The notes under the pieces were generated by a model. It was not told the origin of the DNA. It saw nothing but the letters and a program-made list of their open reading frames with translations, and made no database searches. DNA of 64,000 bases from assembly GCA_000320545.1 (NCBI GenBank), contig ADNK01001727.1:38271-102270 (forward strand), in the 5' to 3' direction. Position 1 is the stretch's first letter, and each line of letters starts with the position of its first letter. The translations under genes and the position numbers were made by a program. Shown here piece after piece: positions 1 through 14,907 of this stretch. The stretch comes from Bigelowiella natans CCMP2755 (taxonomy: Eukaryota > Protista > Cercozoa).

Positions 1-1571
1 AACAACATATCACGACGATGATAATGATGACCATGACTATATAATTTAAAATCACTTGATGATCTCATTGTCATCTCGGAATTGCGCCTTCGTCTTTGGC
101 GGAGATTATTCAACGCAGCGTTTAAAGGATCAACATTCTGCAATATTACAATAATGTCATCTATCATATTTGTTGTCCACAGACTATTCAAAATATCAGC
201 ACACTCTAATCAGTTGATAAAAGACAAAACACAAGTGCCTAATAATCTGTGGTAGGTGTTGCTTTTCTCCCTCCTTCCATCATACACCCCCATCACCCAA
301 ATACATTTATAAAACAACAACATGTAGCAGAAGAGGCAGCAGCAGTAGTAGTAATAGTCTACGCACTACTTACTTGGCGGTTTTTATTTGGTGATGCGTC
401 TCTGGTAGCTCTGAATGAATGAATTATCATCATCGATCAACGTCATCATCAAACCATCAATATGAAACAAAGAAGACAAATAATAAATTGTTAAACAAGA
501 GCAATGTGAAGGTAGAAATTGGAGTAACAACCAAGAAGAAGGTAATCAAGAAAAGTTGAATTAGAACAAGTTTATAGACTACGATGACGACGAGGACCAC
601 AATTAGGGACATACTCTAAACAAGGTTTTAAAAACTCATCCTACTTAAGAAACTGAATCTTTGCAAGCATTCGTTTCCCTTCTTGAGATGATGAGCCTAC
701 TGAAGAAAGAGTACGACCTGTAGGAGGAGGAGGAGGAGGAGGAGGAGGAGGAGGAGGAGGAGGAGAAGGACAAAAGTGAAGTGCCGACTAGAAACAAACG
801 GAGAAAGAAAGAAAGGGAGAGAAAAAGAGAAAATATAAGGAAGTATTTGCAGATGCGTATATGCCTTCTGCAGCCTTTATATTTCTCTGCATTTTCGATA
901 ACGTATTTTCTTATTGTAATTCTTATTCTTATATCGTGTTTCTACCACAATACCACCCTCTGGATTTTTTTTTTCTCAGATAAAAAGAAGAAGAAGAAGA
1001 AGAAGAAGAAGAACATGCATATGATAGTAGGTTACAGTACTACAAACACTTATTATACTACCAGGCAAAAAGCTTGTACTGCTGCTACGAGAGGAAGCTG
1101 ATTTTGTGAATAACTGAGCAGCTGCAGATGCAACCTCGTTGGTTCGTTGCTGCATCATTACTAAATTCGCCTAAAATGAATGATAAATGAATAAATATAA
1201 GCACCAACATCCAATAGCAAGTAGGGGCAGTTTTTTACCAAAAAAAGAAAGAGAAAGAGCCTACACTGCTGACTACTAGTTCTTCGTCTTTTATTGCTAC
1301 TACTACTATTACTACTACCACTACTACTACTACTAAACTAAGTGCAACAACCCACTACGACATGACGATATCGGGTGCTGTTACTACTACTACTATTACC
1401 CTCATCTGCTCTTCATGCTGTCGTTGTTCGGCCAATTTCATTTTGAGCTCTGTGACCTCTTTTTGCATCGTCTCTAGAAGCATGTCTTTTGGATCCTTCA
1501 AGGGAGAGAGGGGGAGGAGAAGGAGGAGGAGGAGAAGGATGAACTAGTGTCCATGACCGACAATCATGGTC

Positions 1572-1604
<33 letters not shown>

Positions 1605-2144
1605 CAATTTTCTTTTACTAAACCGCAGGTTAGAAATATGATATTTTATATAATTATTAAATCAAAGGTGGTGTAAGTTTTTGTGATCCACACACATTCC
1701 ACCTCCGTTTGTTGTCTATTACTACCTGTTCCTTGAATACGGAATTCTTTATCTTTCTCGCAAACATTGCATAACGCATTGTACTTAATGTTTCCGATGC
1801 ATCCTTTGGGCAAGGGCTCACACATGCTACCATCTGCGTCACTGAATTGCCTCCCAAAGAATCTTGCAATAATCGCGTGAGCACACTGATTGATTAGTAT
1901 TTACATAGCATGAGTAGTAGTAGTGGTAGGTACATACAAAAGAATAAAAGGACAGAAGTGAAACATGAATCATAATAAGTTGGTTATCTTACTTGCGTGG
2001 GTACCACGGTAGGCTAATGTAGATTATTCGGCTGCTACCAGCTACATTGCTGCATCGATGATAATATATCTAGCAACCAACCACCATCACCACCACCACA
2101 CTGCAATGGTGCGTACACGCGCACACATAAACACAAAAAAAGAC

Positions 2145-2187
<43 letters not shown>

Positions 2188-2430
2188 ACCTGTCGCGGTA
2201 AGGCACATGCTTCTGCGCCTTTGAAAGGGCTGTTATTACTCTAAGACAATGACAATGGAGAACATAGATGATAGACAGACAAACAGACAAAATATCATCG
2301 CATTAACATTCTATTTTAGTACTTTCATGAGCACAACCAACATTTTAAAAGTATAAGGAAACATCCTTACTAATAGTCGAATACTAGATAAAGTAGTTGC
2401 AGTTGTTCCTATCGCTATTATTACTATTAC

Positions 2431-2462
<32 letters not shown>

Positions 2463-3990
2463 TCTCCTCTTCCTCCCATCCATATAATATTAATAATATT
2501 AATCCCCAAACATGTTGTAGTTAACACCGTGCAAGTGCTTGCAGAGATGTGTTGATGGCCAATGTTTCACTCACACGTGTTTCTAATAAAAGTATACCAT
2601 GATGATGATGATGTGAAGATGATGATGATGATAACAAAAGAAAGAAGAAAGAGTAGAGAAGAAGGAGTATGCTTAAAAAGGATTCTATGCCCACAATAAC
2701 AACAATAACAACAATTACAACAATTACAACAATAACAACAAACGAGTCATAGGAATGCTATGGTATGGTGCTGCTGCTGCTGCTGCATAGTTGTGCTTGA
2801 TCGTACGAGATATATCCTGATTTCCTAGCCCATGAATATCCTAGCAACATGAACAATCAGCCGATATACCAATGATGACAAATTAGCATGCAAAATGGGA
2901 ATGTGAAACATATAAATTTATTTTATTTGCTAAGGAGAAATGAAGAAAATGAAAAAGTGAAAAAACGACTGAATTGAATAGGAATACAGCAGATTTAATT
3001 GTGGATAAGGAAAAATAAGAGGAAAAATAGGAAATACAGGATTATGAATTGTAGGAAAGAGAGAGAGAGAAAGAGAGAGAAAAAAAAAAATTGGGAAAAA
3101 CTTGTATCATATGAGACTCCTCATTCATCAAAAGAATAATAGCAAAACTATTACTAATACAAAGTACTTTTTTCAGAGACTCAGAACCAGCTAAATCCAC
3201 CTGCACACCATCATCATCATCATCATCATCATCATCGTCGTCGTCGCCCATACGTACGTGCATACATGCATGCATGCATATATACATCATATGACCAAAA
3301 CACGAATGAGCACGAGCAGCAGCAGCATGTTATCTTTGATGAAAAGAAGGGTGAAAGGACAGGTTCGTAGGAAAACAACAGTCTCTTTAAACAACAAACA
3401 ATATCTATCTCTGGTTTGGTGGTGATAATAATAGTGGTGATGATGTATGGTGATGGTGATGGTATGGTAATGCTCTAATGTAGCAGCAGCATTAGCAGCC
3501 AGAAACAGAAGAAGAAGAAGAACCAGGTTGAGGCGGGATCGTAGGTTCATAGTTGCTGTTTTGCCCTTTCTGTTGGACTTTTTCTTTTCTCTTTTAATGG
3601 TTTTCTTTGATTCTAATACCTAATTGAAAGTAGTATGTTTTATGTTTAACTAATTCTAATCTTGCAACAGTGGTAGTAATATGCATACAAATTAGATTTA
3701 TGTAATTACCATCGTGATGATTAGATGAGATCTCGATGAAACATGGTTTTTATTCGTTGCGGCTGTTACGCGGTACTCAAATGCACCCTAATAATAATAA
3801 TAATAATAATGTTGTAGCAGCAGTGGTAGTAATTGTTGTTCTTGCCATCTTATATAGAAACAACTATGAGCGAGCAAGAACATGATGCGTAGCAGCAGTC
3901 GTCATCAACGTAAATAGACTACACGTTAGAGCAAGAGGATATCATAGTAAACATCGTATTAGAATCATCGTATTAGAATCATCGTACTAA

Positions 3991-4021
<31 letters not shown>

Positions 4022-4542
4022 CAACAATCAATCAATGGCAATATATGCGTATATGTATATAAGTAGTGCTACTACTATTTGAAACAAAGAAGTACCTTTA
4101 GAGCATTGATCATATCGTTTGCCTCTAAGCATACTAGGTAGAAATTATATAGAAATAACATGTAGTTGATGCCAAGGACTCATTTATAAATAAATAAACA
4201 TCAACCTTCAAAACCCTCTATTCTCTTTCCTCTTTCCACGTCCCCCCCCTCCTTTCCCCTTCTCTTAACTCTAAAATTTGTATATGCGTGTGTCGTATTA
4301 GTAGTCGCCTCCTCTCAGCTACATCAAGGAACAAATGATGCACTCATTCTCAGTAACATCATTCGCCCTTTTTGCATGTACAACAACTGATATAACACAC
4401 GCGCATATCAACCTTTCTGTACTGCACCTTCAGCCAGTACTGAACCATCTATATATCGTTATTATGCAGAACAAACAACCCAGACAACATAATCAACCAT
4501 CTATATCGTTATTATGTACGCACAACAACCCAGATAGCAAAA

Positions 4543-4577
<35 letters not shown>

Positions 4578-4927
4578 ATAGTGGTAGTGCAGGGAAGATC
4601 CCAAACAAACACGCACAATCAATGGCCTACCATACACACGACAAACCTAACGATATTTCTCACGGTATTTTGACTTTGTGTTGTGATCAAGTACTGGTGA
4701 GTGTGCATACTCTCGTGATAATAACCAATCATCATCAAACATTATCTATTTTCTTATATTACCAGGGCGCTCTCTCAGCCTAATCTTCTTTGGTTTTGTC
4801 TGCTGCTGCTTCTGCTGCTTTGAGAATTTCTTCTGGTGCGTCGTTTCATGTGGAGAATGATGTCGCTTCTTATTTCGCCGCCCTTTATTATTATTTATAG
4901 CAGTCCGTCCTTCTTCACCAATCTCGC

Positions 4928-4964
<37 letters not shown>

Positions 4965-5449
4965 CAAAAGATCCCTGATGATGCAATATAGCATTCATTA
5001 ACTAATTAGGATGATACTTAAACCTATCGTTGTCAATACATTTAACTGTCTTCCCTCTCTTTAACTGTAAACATCACACACACACACACACACACACACA
5101 CAACATAATGTAATATGTGTGTGTGTGTGAGGCGTGTAAGTGTGCCGTGCTTTAGTGTATAATAGGTCAAAGCTTATTCATTCTTAGGAGGTGTTATTGA
5201 CGTTTCATTTATTTGTTAGTTCCGATATAGATGATAATGATAATGATCATGTTTGTTCTTATCATATCACGGCGTTCATTCATTCATCATAATCTTTTCC
5301 CCAACACTAGTGCTACCACCTGATCTGTTCATTGTACACCTCTAATACCTAATGATTGCGGAGAGAAGAAGACAATGACGAAGAGAACTTCATTGAGATA
5401 TAATTGATGATAGTGCCCTTCGTATTGATGGCATAAAGTAGTAGTTGTT

Positions 5450-5481
<32 letters not shown>

Positions 5482-6332
5482 GCAAATCGTTGTTGCTGCT
5501 TCTATCTATCATATTGAAAGGAGGAGGCCACCATTTAGTATTACTACGGTATTGTAGTTCAAACACATTGATGTAGTAGCACTACTACTGCTACCAGAGG
5601 AAAGAGGGGAAGGAAAGAGCAGGCAGCAGCACTTTGATGAGGAGGCTGTTGATCATATATGTACACAACATGCTGCTTACTGCTATTAATACTACTACTA
5701 CTACTACTATTACTACTACCGAGCAGTGGACCAGATACTCTACTTTGTTGTCTTCATTCTCTGACGACTGAATGTACAAGCGAAAAGATATTACGAACAT
5801 TATCGTTATTTATGTATTTCATTTATTTTAGTGTGGTTGAAGAAGTTGATTGTTGATTGCTTCTTTCTACCCACACATCATCCTCAAATGGAAACGATGG
5901 TGCCACACCACTTGAAACAATATATCATGATTCATCATAACCTGGCTAGCTTTGTTATAGAACTCCGCAATCACACGTGGAAGCAACCCTTGGTAAATAG
6001 ATATATAAGCTAAACTACTACTTTACCCATTTAGCACTATGACAATGACGTGTTAGTTACTACAATGCGGAAAAACATCGGAATGAAAGAACTCCAATAA
6101 ATGATATATGTGTCGGTGAAAGAAGAAAAAAATAGTAGTAAAAGTCATCATCGTAGGCACAGCCATACCCTCCATATCTGGAACTCCAATGTCACCAATC
6201 ATTGTCGTCGTCTAATAACCACAATTTATATTATTTATCCAACATAGTAGTAATTTTGTCAAGAGATATGTATTTCTGCACAATCAACTTCTTCTTGTGC
6301 CTGGGAAGTTTGCATCCTTTGTTGTGTTGCTT

Positions 6333-6382
<50 letters not shown>

Positions 6383-6716
6383 CTCTGTTTCTCTTTACAT
6401 CATCATATTTATTTATGGTAATGGAGTTGATGATATTATATCGGACAGGGACAGTTTCTTCATGTTACTACCTTTCCACTGCTAGATTGTCCATATGCAA
6501 ATATTGTACCGTTAAATCCTATTTAATTATTAAGTGATATGTTATTATCTATCATATCATCATGTCCACCTCCCTCATGAAATGTTGTAGTAAGCAACGA
6601 TGAAGAAGCAGCCAGGATGAATTAGAAGTAACGTGAGGGCCAAACAGAACAGGGCCAACATTTGTTGTTGTATCGTAATGTCAGCGCATGATTCTCCCCT
6701 CTAGCTCATCATCGTT

Positions 6717-6750
<34 letters not shown>

Positions 6751-7094
6751 TATACCGTCCATGACGTTCTTTACTGCAGGTTTTATAAATTCATCGAAAA
6801 TCTCGGCTTGCGTTGTACTGAGGATCAAATTAGAGTAATTAAAGTTAAAATAGAAAAATGAAAGGTATTGTTGTTACAGTGTCTATTCATTATCACTGAT
6901 GATGATGATGATGATGATGACAGCAGAGAAAATATATCCTCGCTTCCCTCCTCTTAACTTTTCTTTTCTCCTTCTTGTCCCCTTATTTCTTTCATTGACC
7001 TGCCGTCAAAGAGCCTATCGAACTTCATGATTCCGGAGTTTTTCCCATCGTCTCTTTTGTACAAGTAACTTCATTCAGTATGAATGTTGGGTAC

Positions 7095-7131
<37 letters not shown>

Positions 7132-7400
7132 ATAAATACGGCCACTCGAAATGAATACTATTATAGTGTCATAGATACCCTGAAACACTTCCTGTCCGCT
7201 CGTCTCTGTAGTTTACTGCGCACTCGATGTCCCCATCTTTAGGTAAAATGGGGCGTACACGCACGCACACCTAAGTTGTTTCATCTCCATGTTAAAGAGG
7301 AGAAGCGAAGCGCACATACGACGACACAACTGAGAATGTAACGTATCTCCTTTCTAACCTGTACGCCTCTTGCCTGTGGTTTCACAGCCTTCTTTGTCAT
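1..7400 (-). CDS. Kinesin motor protein (N-terminal motor domain plus short coiled-coil tail), >20 exons; 3' end ambiguous near the left window edge
   Basis: Manual GT-AG splicing from ATG 7400: [14 protein letters not shown]|VCVRVRP...|KFDRLFDG|..[15 protein letters not shown]|[16 protein letters not shown]|TTTM (P-loop)...|[10 protein letters not shown]|DLL...|[11 protein letters not shown] (switch I)|...LNL|VDLAGSE (switch II)|..[10 protein letters not shown]|VITAL..HVPYRDS|[33 protein letters not shown]. Canonical kinesin motifs are in order with compatible intron phases. Confidence 0.95.
4443..4540. repeat. Tandem duplication, 2 x ~52 bp, spanning a kinesin splice acceptor
   Basis: aaccatctatatatcgttattatg...aacaacccaga vs aaccatctatatcgttattatg...aacaacccaga. 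Confidence 0.85.
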
Positions 7401-7649
7401 GGGTGAAAACACGACGGATTAACGTTCCCTATGTGGATAATCGTACCCCCCTACATATTGTGAGTTCGTTGATGATGACGTTTTCGCTTAACTGAGCGAT
7501 CATTCTCAACCCAACCCCTCCGTTTCTACAACATCAAGCAGTTCATAACTTAACACAATACAGTTCCGTCCCCATTTTCACAGCACCTTGTCACAGTCCC
7601 CCTCCTCTCTGTTTGTGGTACTAAATTAGAACAACACCAGCCCTTCTAG

Positions 7650-8071
7650 CCCTCAGAGGAAGGCTGCTATGTGTATTTTGCTGCAGCATTCGATGAAAAC
7701 CTGTATGCGACATCAAATAATATTGAAAATCTCATAAAATACATGCCATTTGTGAGTCAAACCTCTTCTAAATCAACTGCATTGGGATTGTAACCGAAAT
7801 CATCTATCATGATCATTTTCCTAGTGGTAGTTCCCTGTTGGTTTAAGAAAATAATCCAGGAAATAATAATAATAATAATCAGGAAATAAATCCAATGGAA
7901 ATCATCCTGGAAATAAATAATAATCGCATAGAAATTTGGTGCTAGGTAGTAGTTTGTAGTTAAGTTAGTTATTCTAGTCGCATCCTTGACTTACCAGCTA
8001 TGTTGGATGTTGTCTTGTAGCAGATATGTGCGACAAGTATGGAAGATCATCTAGGAAAAAAGGCAACAACA

Positions 8072-8102
<31 letters not shown>

Positions 8103-10707
8103 CAACAACAACAACAATAACAACAACAATAACAACAACAACAACAACATCATGTACGAGAAGTCGTACCACTACGTCATCGGCTCGCCATACCTCTATA
8201 AGAGGAGGAGAAGGGGAGGCGGAGGGAGGTGCTGGTTGCGATCCGTAGGCATTTTTCACTAGATCTAGCGGCTACAACATAGGATTGGTAATGTATTAGA
8301 ATCCTGGTGCTGTTGGCAATCAATTATGAGTGAATGAGTGAGTACTTCGAGCATCTGAGCATCATGTGTACATGTGTAGTGGAAGAATGATCATGCTGGA
8401 ATCATGCTGCTGTCAGGATTACTAAAGATCAATACCAACTTCTTCTACTACCATGTGTAATAATAACAATAATAATAATAATAATAATAGTAGCACAGAG
8501 GGGGAGGACAGCAGAAAAGAGAGATCTTCTCTATTTCTAAAAAGCGACAGGACAAGGAAAGTGGATCATAATGAAACTAGGAAATAAAAATGTGGTGAAA
8601 AACACAACAACCGAGGCAACTTATTTGCTAATGGATAGTAAGGATGAGGATGGAGGAATGGCAAACCACGTACTGCTACTACTAGTAGTAGTAGTACTAC
8701 CACCAAAGGGGTGTTTATGTACTTTTCCTACTGTTTAGCGAGATCATCGTCGTTCACAAATTCCTACTTATCTTCCAGGAAAAGAGGATGAAGATGATAG
8801 GGAGGGGAAGGAGAGAAGGAGGACGTCTCTCAGCTGCAGAAGTTTTAGGATCAATGGAGGTAGAAAGAGCCTCACGAAGAAAGAAGGAACGATATACCAG
8901 CACTTTCTGTTTTGTTTTTAACCTGGTTAATCCCCGAATAACTAACTCACGGTGTAGGAGAATAGACGGTGTAAACGCAATATATATACCAAAAGAATCG
9001 ATTATTTCAATAGTATGTACAATATTCGTCTTGCATTCTCCTATCACACACTTTTAAGCAGCCCTCTTCCTTCATTTAACAAATATGCTTCAAATCTAGA
9101 AAGTTTCCCTGCATAAAATCAATTATTCAGCTGTGGCTTGGACATTCTCCAAGGTTGTTATCATTCATTCATCAATGACCAAACACGTGATGCACAACCT
9201 CTTAAGAATGGCATTGATATGTAGTGCTTGTCCCATATTTTCCTCTTTCTCCACCCCTGTTAATCGAACAGAAAAGACTAATTGAGGTTCTTTCTTGGTC
9301 ACAGGTTTTTGTGGGATGTTTATTGTTCTTACTGACACGATGGAGGTAAGTAAAGAGAGTGGGGGAATGCGCCCTCATCAGAAGTGGGACATTTTGAGAA
9401 GAAAAAGAAGAGGAAGAAGAAGAAGAAGTACCCATTATGATCATTACTCACATGGTTTTGTCACGACAGTTGAAGTTGATGATATACTGCTGCATTATAA
9501 CCCATCAAAACAATACTTGAATACAGAAAATTCATTCATTCATGGTCAATTGCTCAGAAGAGAAGAGCGCCATTAAATCTAGAGTGGTAGTAGTGGTGGA
9601 TATTGCTCTTCAATAATTGCTGTATTGCTTGTAATACAATGCAGCTTGCGACAACTCGGATACTTAGGATCCATTCCGCTACCAAGTGATTAATATAGAT
9701 TGAGAATAAGTATATCGAGATAATAAAGACAACGATTATGATGATGAGATTGATAACAGTGATAAAGTGAATGCATGTTGCGGTGGTGTACATTACTACG
9801 AATGCCATGTAGTAGTAGTAGTAGTAGTAGTATAGTAGTAGATAGAATTTATATCATCTACTACCTACCCTCCTTATAATCATATAGAGATCCAAAGTGA
9901 AAGGTAGAAGACTGTGTGCGTGCATTTGCAGCGTTTGAAGACAAGGAGTTGAACACTATTTTGTTCCGTTGTTGTCGGTTTATCGTAAACGACTAGGTAT
10001 TACGGCATTTATGGCAGGGATATACTTTGTACTATCTATGATCTTGAAGGTAATAAAAATCATGGATTGTTGATAAATGGGAATGGTGGTGGGAAAGAGT
10101 GGAGGGGGAGGAAGAGAGTAGTGTTGTTTCAGGGAGAAAGCTGCACCAACATTCTAGCATCATTGGTGATATCAACACCATTACCTTGATCATGATCATG
10201 ATCATCATGATCATCATCATCATCATCATCATCATTATCGCCACCAGGGTGTCCTAGACGAATATTCAGAGTCTTCTCGTTTACCTCTTCTGGTGAGTCA
10301 CTCAGACATTGATTCTCTCACTCTCCATGTAGTAATTGTTCGTTCAATCAGTGAATCGTCATTTTGGGGTATGCATTTAATCATCAACATCATCATCATC
10401 ATCATCATCATCTAAGGTTGCAAACGGAGTAATACAATACAGAGAATCATGGCAGCTGTGTGAACCACGTTCAGAGACAGTAATAGCACTAGCATAGCTA
10501 GTAGTAGTAAAAAGAAGAAGGGTTACGACAATATGTATACTGCTACTACTCATGCGTCATTAGAAGAAAACTGGGTTTATGTTCCTAAGAGAGAGGGGAA
10601 AAAGGAGGAAGGGGGAGACATAAAAAGATGAGATAATTACGATGATGATGGTGATAATGATAGTGATGATGATAATGATAGTGATAAATATTTCGATGAT
10701 AAATGAC

Positions 10708-10740
<33 letters not shown>

Positions 10741-10916
10741 AGCAGGGCATCGCTGATAGATCACCAGTATGTATAGTAATGCAGTGTTCTTGCTCATCAC
10801 CATCCTTAATTTATTCATTCATAAATTATATCGTTGAGGTGAGAGAAGTCACAGCACTTCTGGCACATATGGTTCAATGTCTTATCGATGGAATATGTAC
10901 TAAATTGATATATGTA

Positions 10917-10956
<40 letters not shown>

Positions 10957-11434
10957 GTGTGTGTATGTGTGTGTATGTGTGTGTGTGTGTGGTTGTGAGA
11001 GGAAATGACGTTAATTGAGGATGAGAAACAGCAAAAGATAATGGTAGTTGTGTAGGGTGGGGAAGGCAAAAAAAGTAACTTGCTGTTTAGTTGATGATGA
11101 TGGGCACTTATTGTTAGCTTTCTTGCTGCTGCTGCTGCCAGAAACAACGACATATGTTACACAACAACAACAACAACTACTACTACTACTACTATTACTG
11201 TTTGCTACTCCTACAACTTCTACCTCTTTTTGCCTATCTTCCGGTACAAATCAGCTCATCCAAGATCTGGTATAACCACGATCAATCAGGTGATAATAGA
11301 GTGATATTGTTAGGAAGAGGAAATTATTATTCTTGCCGAGTAGTATGTCATCATCAGCACCTTGATTCATATTATTATTCTCTCTCTAATTGATAGGTCC
11401 TTGATACCTTTGAAAAGCTTCATGACTATGTAAT

Positions 11435-11466
<32 letters not shown>

Positions 11467-12521
11467 ATGATAATAGGTTTAATGTATTTATATATTAGTA
11501 GATTTATGTATATGTATAAAGCATAGTTTTGATGATGATAACTTTCAGTAGCACTATCAAAGAGCTGCTAGTGATACCAATTCGTAACCATGGCACTCAC
11601 ACCTTGAATGCTTTATCAATTAATAGTATAATTGATTAATGATGCTTACACATACTCACCATCCTCCTCCTCATTATCATCATCACCATTATCATCATTC
11701 CCATCAGCATGTGTCCAAGGTTTTAACTAACGATGACTTAAATCCTTCAATCAGTATTCATCTAGGAAAGTAGTAATCTAAACATACATGCAGTAGCGTC
11801 GAGATCACTACCACCAACACCAACACCACCATCATCATCATCATCATCATCATCATATTCAAATTTAAATATAGTAGTGATATAAGAGCCTTCTACAATC
11901 TTATACTACATGAATGCCAATGCTACCATGTTAATACCATCTTTACAACAATAGCTTTAAACACTATTGTTGCTTGTGATTTGTTCTTAGATATTATATA
12001 TATTATTATTATTATCAATATTATAGTCATTTAGAAATGTAATTATGATGATTGCGTTTATCAGACAAATCGCCCATATTCGAATTCTGATTCTTCGTGC
12101 AGATCATGTCGCTCGTTCTTCGTATCTACCAATCAGCTTTGTAAGAACAACAAACAAACTGCTGCAAAAAGAGGCATTGTAAATGCTGATTCTCCAGCAC
12201 GAAATCATTTTCTTTTCCTATACCATATATTGATTGGCACTACTATAGCCGCATAATTCTCTGCTACTAATACTGCTACTATAACTACTACTTTTACACT
12301 CATACACCTCTAACCGACTTCAATGCGTATTATATAACCGACAAGTGATGACCTCTGAGAGGTACCATATCTGTTTGACGTAGTCGCTGTCCTGGCTAAT
12401 CGTAAGCAGCACAACGGCTGTTTTATTGGTCATAATTGTGTGATAATCAATGTCTTATTACTACTTCGTCGTCAGTTGAATTTTGTTGTTACTTGATTTG
12501 GCTATTGTTATTATTATCATA

Positions 12522-12556
<35 letters not shown>

Positions 12557-13411
12557 TGCTATTATTGCCATTCTACATGTTGGTTGCTATTTTTGTATCA
12601 TCCAACGGTAACAAGTGTGTGATGACTCATTATTATTAACACATTCTGTCTCATCCTCCTCCTCCCCTTCCTTGCAGGCTGTCGAGCATTCTACGTGGGA
12701 ACAGGAGTGAGAAAGACTAGTACTAGTAGTAGTAGTAGCTATTGTTGTTCTTGTGGTGTAAGGGCTAAGATATTGGCAGTTGATGTTGGGAAGTCTTTAA
12801 GGCTGTGGTAATAGTCATATGACCTCATCACTTTTCTTGGAATTACGTTCATAGCGCACTTTTTGTGTTGCCGTGTGTTGTTATGCGTATTGTTCTTATT
12901 TGGTTTGTTTGTTGTTCTAATTCAGATACATACTATTACCATGTTTGGTGATGTTTATATACTTGTTTGTTCTTTTTGCAAGTGAGATGGATGTAAGTAT
13001 TTCTTATACTTTTATTCATTCGTCTGCTAACATCAAGCTTTTTGCTGCAGCATGTTGTAAATGTCTTTCAACGTAGATAGTTTAAAAGGCAATTCCAATT
13101 TTTATTATTATGATGTTTCATTAGAAAACATATTTGCAGTTGTTGATGATGATATGATGATGATGCTGATGTTTGTGATAATGGTAATGTCATGGCGTCA
13201 ACTCTGATAATATATTGTTCTTCTTCCTTTCATCATCTCTCTTTAATTTTTTATCATGAATTCAACCATTGTAGGATCCTTTCAATATATACAGCAGTAT
13301 TTCCGTATCGATGGAGGTAAAAATTCGTCGCTTGTAGATCTATCATATTTTCACCAATGCATCTTTAATATGCCGACGTCGCTTTCGTCGCCTGAAATTT
13401 TTTCATCATAA
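7650..13411 (+). CDS. Putative multi-exon gene of unknown function; boundaries approximate, weak resemblance to GT-B/O-fucosyltransferase-like proteins
   Basis: Islands of complex sequence flanked by AG...GT on + between microsatellite blocks, e.g. ~10247-10291 GVLDEYSESSRLPLL|gtgagt, ~10417-10479 VANGVIQYRESWQLCEPRSET, ~11397-11429 VLDTFEKLHDY, ~11708-11768 HVSKVLTNDDLNPSISIHLG, ~11874-11929 SDIRAFYNLILHECQCYH, ~12065-12140 QIAHIRILILRADHVARSSYLPISF|gtaag, possible last exon 13275-13411. I could not resolve a full frame chain. Confidence 0.45.
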
Positions 13412-14907
13412 CTTCTATTTGAATAAGTAATATCTTTGAGGAGTGGTGTCATATCGGTGGAGGTTGAGGGATATATTTTGCCAAAATATTCATGCATGAT
13501 ACTAGATTATCTAGCCTACAATAATTAATGTTTCATATGTTGAAATGCCTTATCTAAGTCAACGTTCTCCTGATTTATTTGTCGTTTTATTCGCAATACA
13601 TACATAGTCTTTAGAAAATCTTCAAGAAGCAATTGAGAGCTGGACATCATCGCCTGATGTTGCCATCTAATGACCTCATGAAATGGAGATTGCGGTTTTA
13701 GCTCATGATAATCGATTTTTACCTGCATGCAATTGTCAGCATGTCATTTTTGTTTATTGCGTGATATATGTTGTTGATCACAGGCAACCTTTTAACGAAA
13801 TATGCGTGGTAATGTGCGCACATGGTCAGCGAGATATGATATTTCCAAAGTCAAGAACTACACTTTCCAGTTAATTATGTGTTGATTTGAATCGAACACT
13901 GCGCACTATAGCGCACGCTAATTAGCTCCTCTAGTGCTGCATAAAATGCGTGCGTATGTGTAGTAGTACGATGAGAGGCGTCACATGAATAAGCAGAAAT
14001 CGCGCGTACTAATGATACTATATAGCCTTATAGGGCTATAGAGCGTATCGGGTCGAAGGCATACACATGTTCTCTAAGAAGACATATATCAGGTTTCATT
14101 TTAGATGTCTAGATATGAAACTACTACATGTGTTTGTACGTGTGCACGCTGCTTAGTCTTATAGGGCTCTAGCTAGCTAGGGCTATAGAATACTGTGCAG
14201 GCAATCTGCGCTAGTGTGGTATAAAGTGCACAAACAACGACACCAAGGCATGATTGCAGACATGGCAACATGATGTGCAATGCTAAACTAGTAAATGCAC
14301 ATTGTGCATGCATGTCACGTTGATGTCTGTTGTCACAAATTACATGTTCATGTAGACAAAGTGTGCATAACGCAATGTACATGTCATTACGTTTGAGTGA
14401 TCATTGTGCACAACATGTCACGTTGTCCATCGATCATCATGCAATCTTCGGTCTTGCGCGGCTACTGAAACACGAGAGATGTGTGCAGTTTATCTAGTAG
14501 TAGTTGAAGCAAAATTGCGATAACACGCACTCTAAAACCACTATGTGTGCTATCGTCACAGCCCATGCATGCCAGCATGAAGTGTACGTACGTGTACAAA
14601 CATCTAGACATTGCCGCGAACACACAGCATGCTAGAAAGTGAATAGACATGACCATGCATAGTGCCGCATGCATGCTTGCACATCTCTATCTATAATGAA
14701 CGCTGCCGTGTACTGTGTACTAGGTATAGCTCAAATGAGCTGATAGTACGTACATACAGCTGCTGTGACGACGTACGTACAAGATAGTCGCCGACAGGCG
14801 TAGGCTTAAACATTACAATGCATGCATTGTGGCTCTTCTATGTTCATTTATTAATGGCAGTGATTAGATAACTCTTGTAGCAAAGCTACTCCACCAGAAT
14901 CCATACT

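Noticed and set aside
8754-13500. Alternative genetic code or a decayed minus-strand gene to explain stop-interrupted frames
   Set aside because: The well-resolved genes translate with the standard code and end in TAA, TAG or TGA; this region is better explained by + strand micro-exons.
13525-13728. 67-aa minus-strand ORF and nearby stop-interrupted frames as a transposon relic
   Set aside because: No transposase, RT or integrase motif and no terminal repeats recognised.
14028-14190. TAGGG-containing words as interstitial telomeric repeats
   Set aside because: There are no tandem TTAGGG/TTTAGGG units, only isolated TAGGGCT words.
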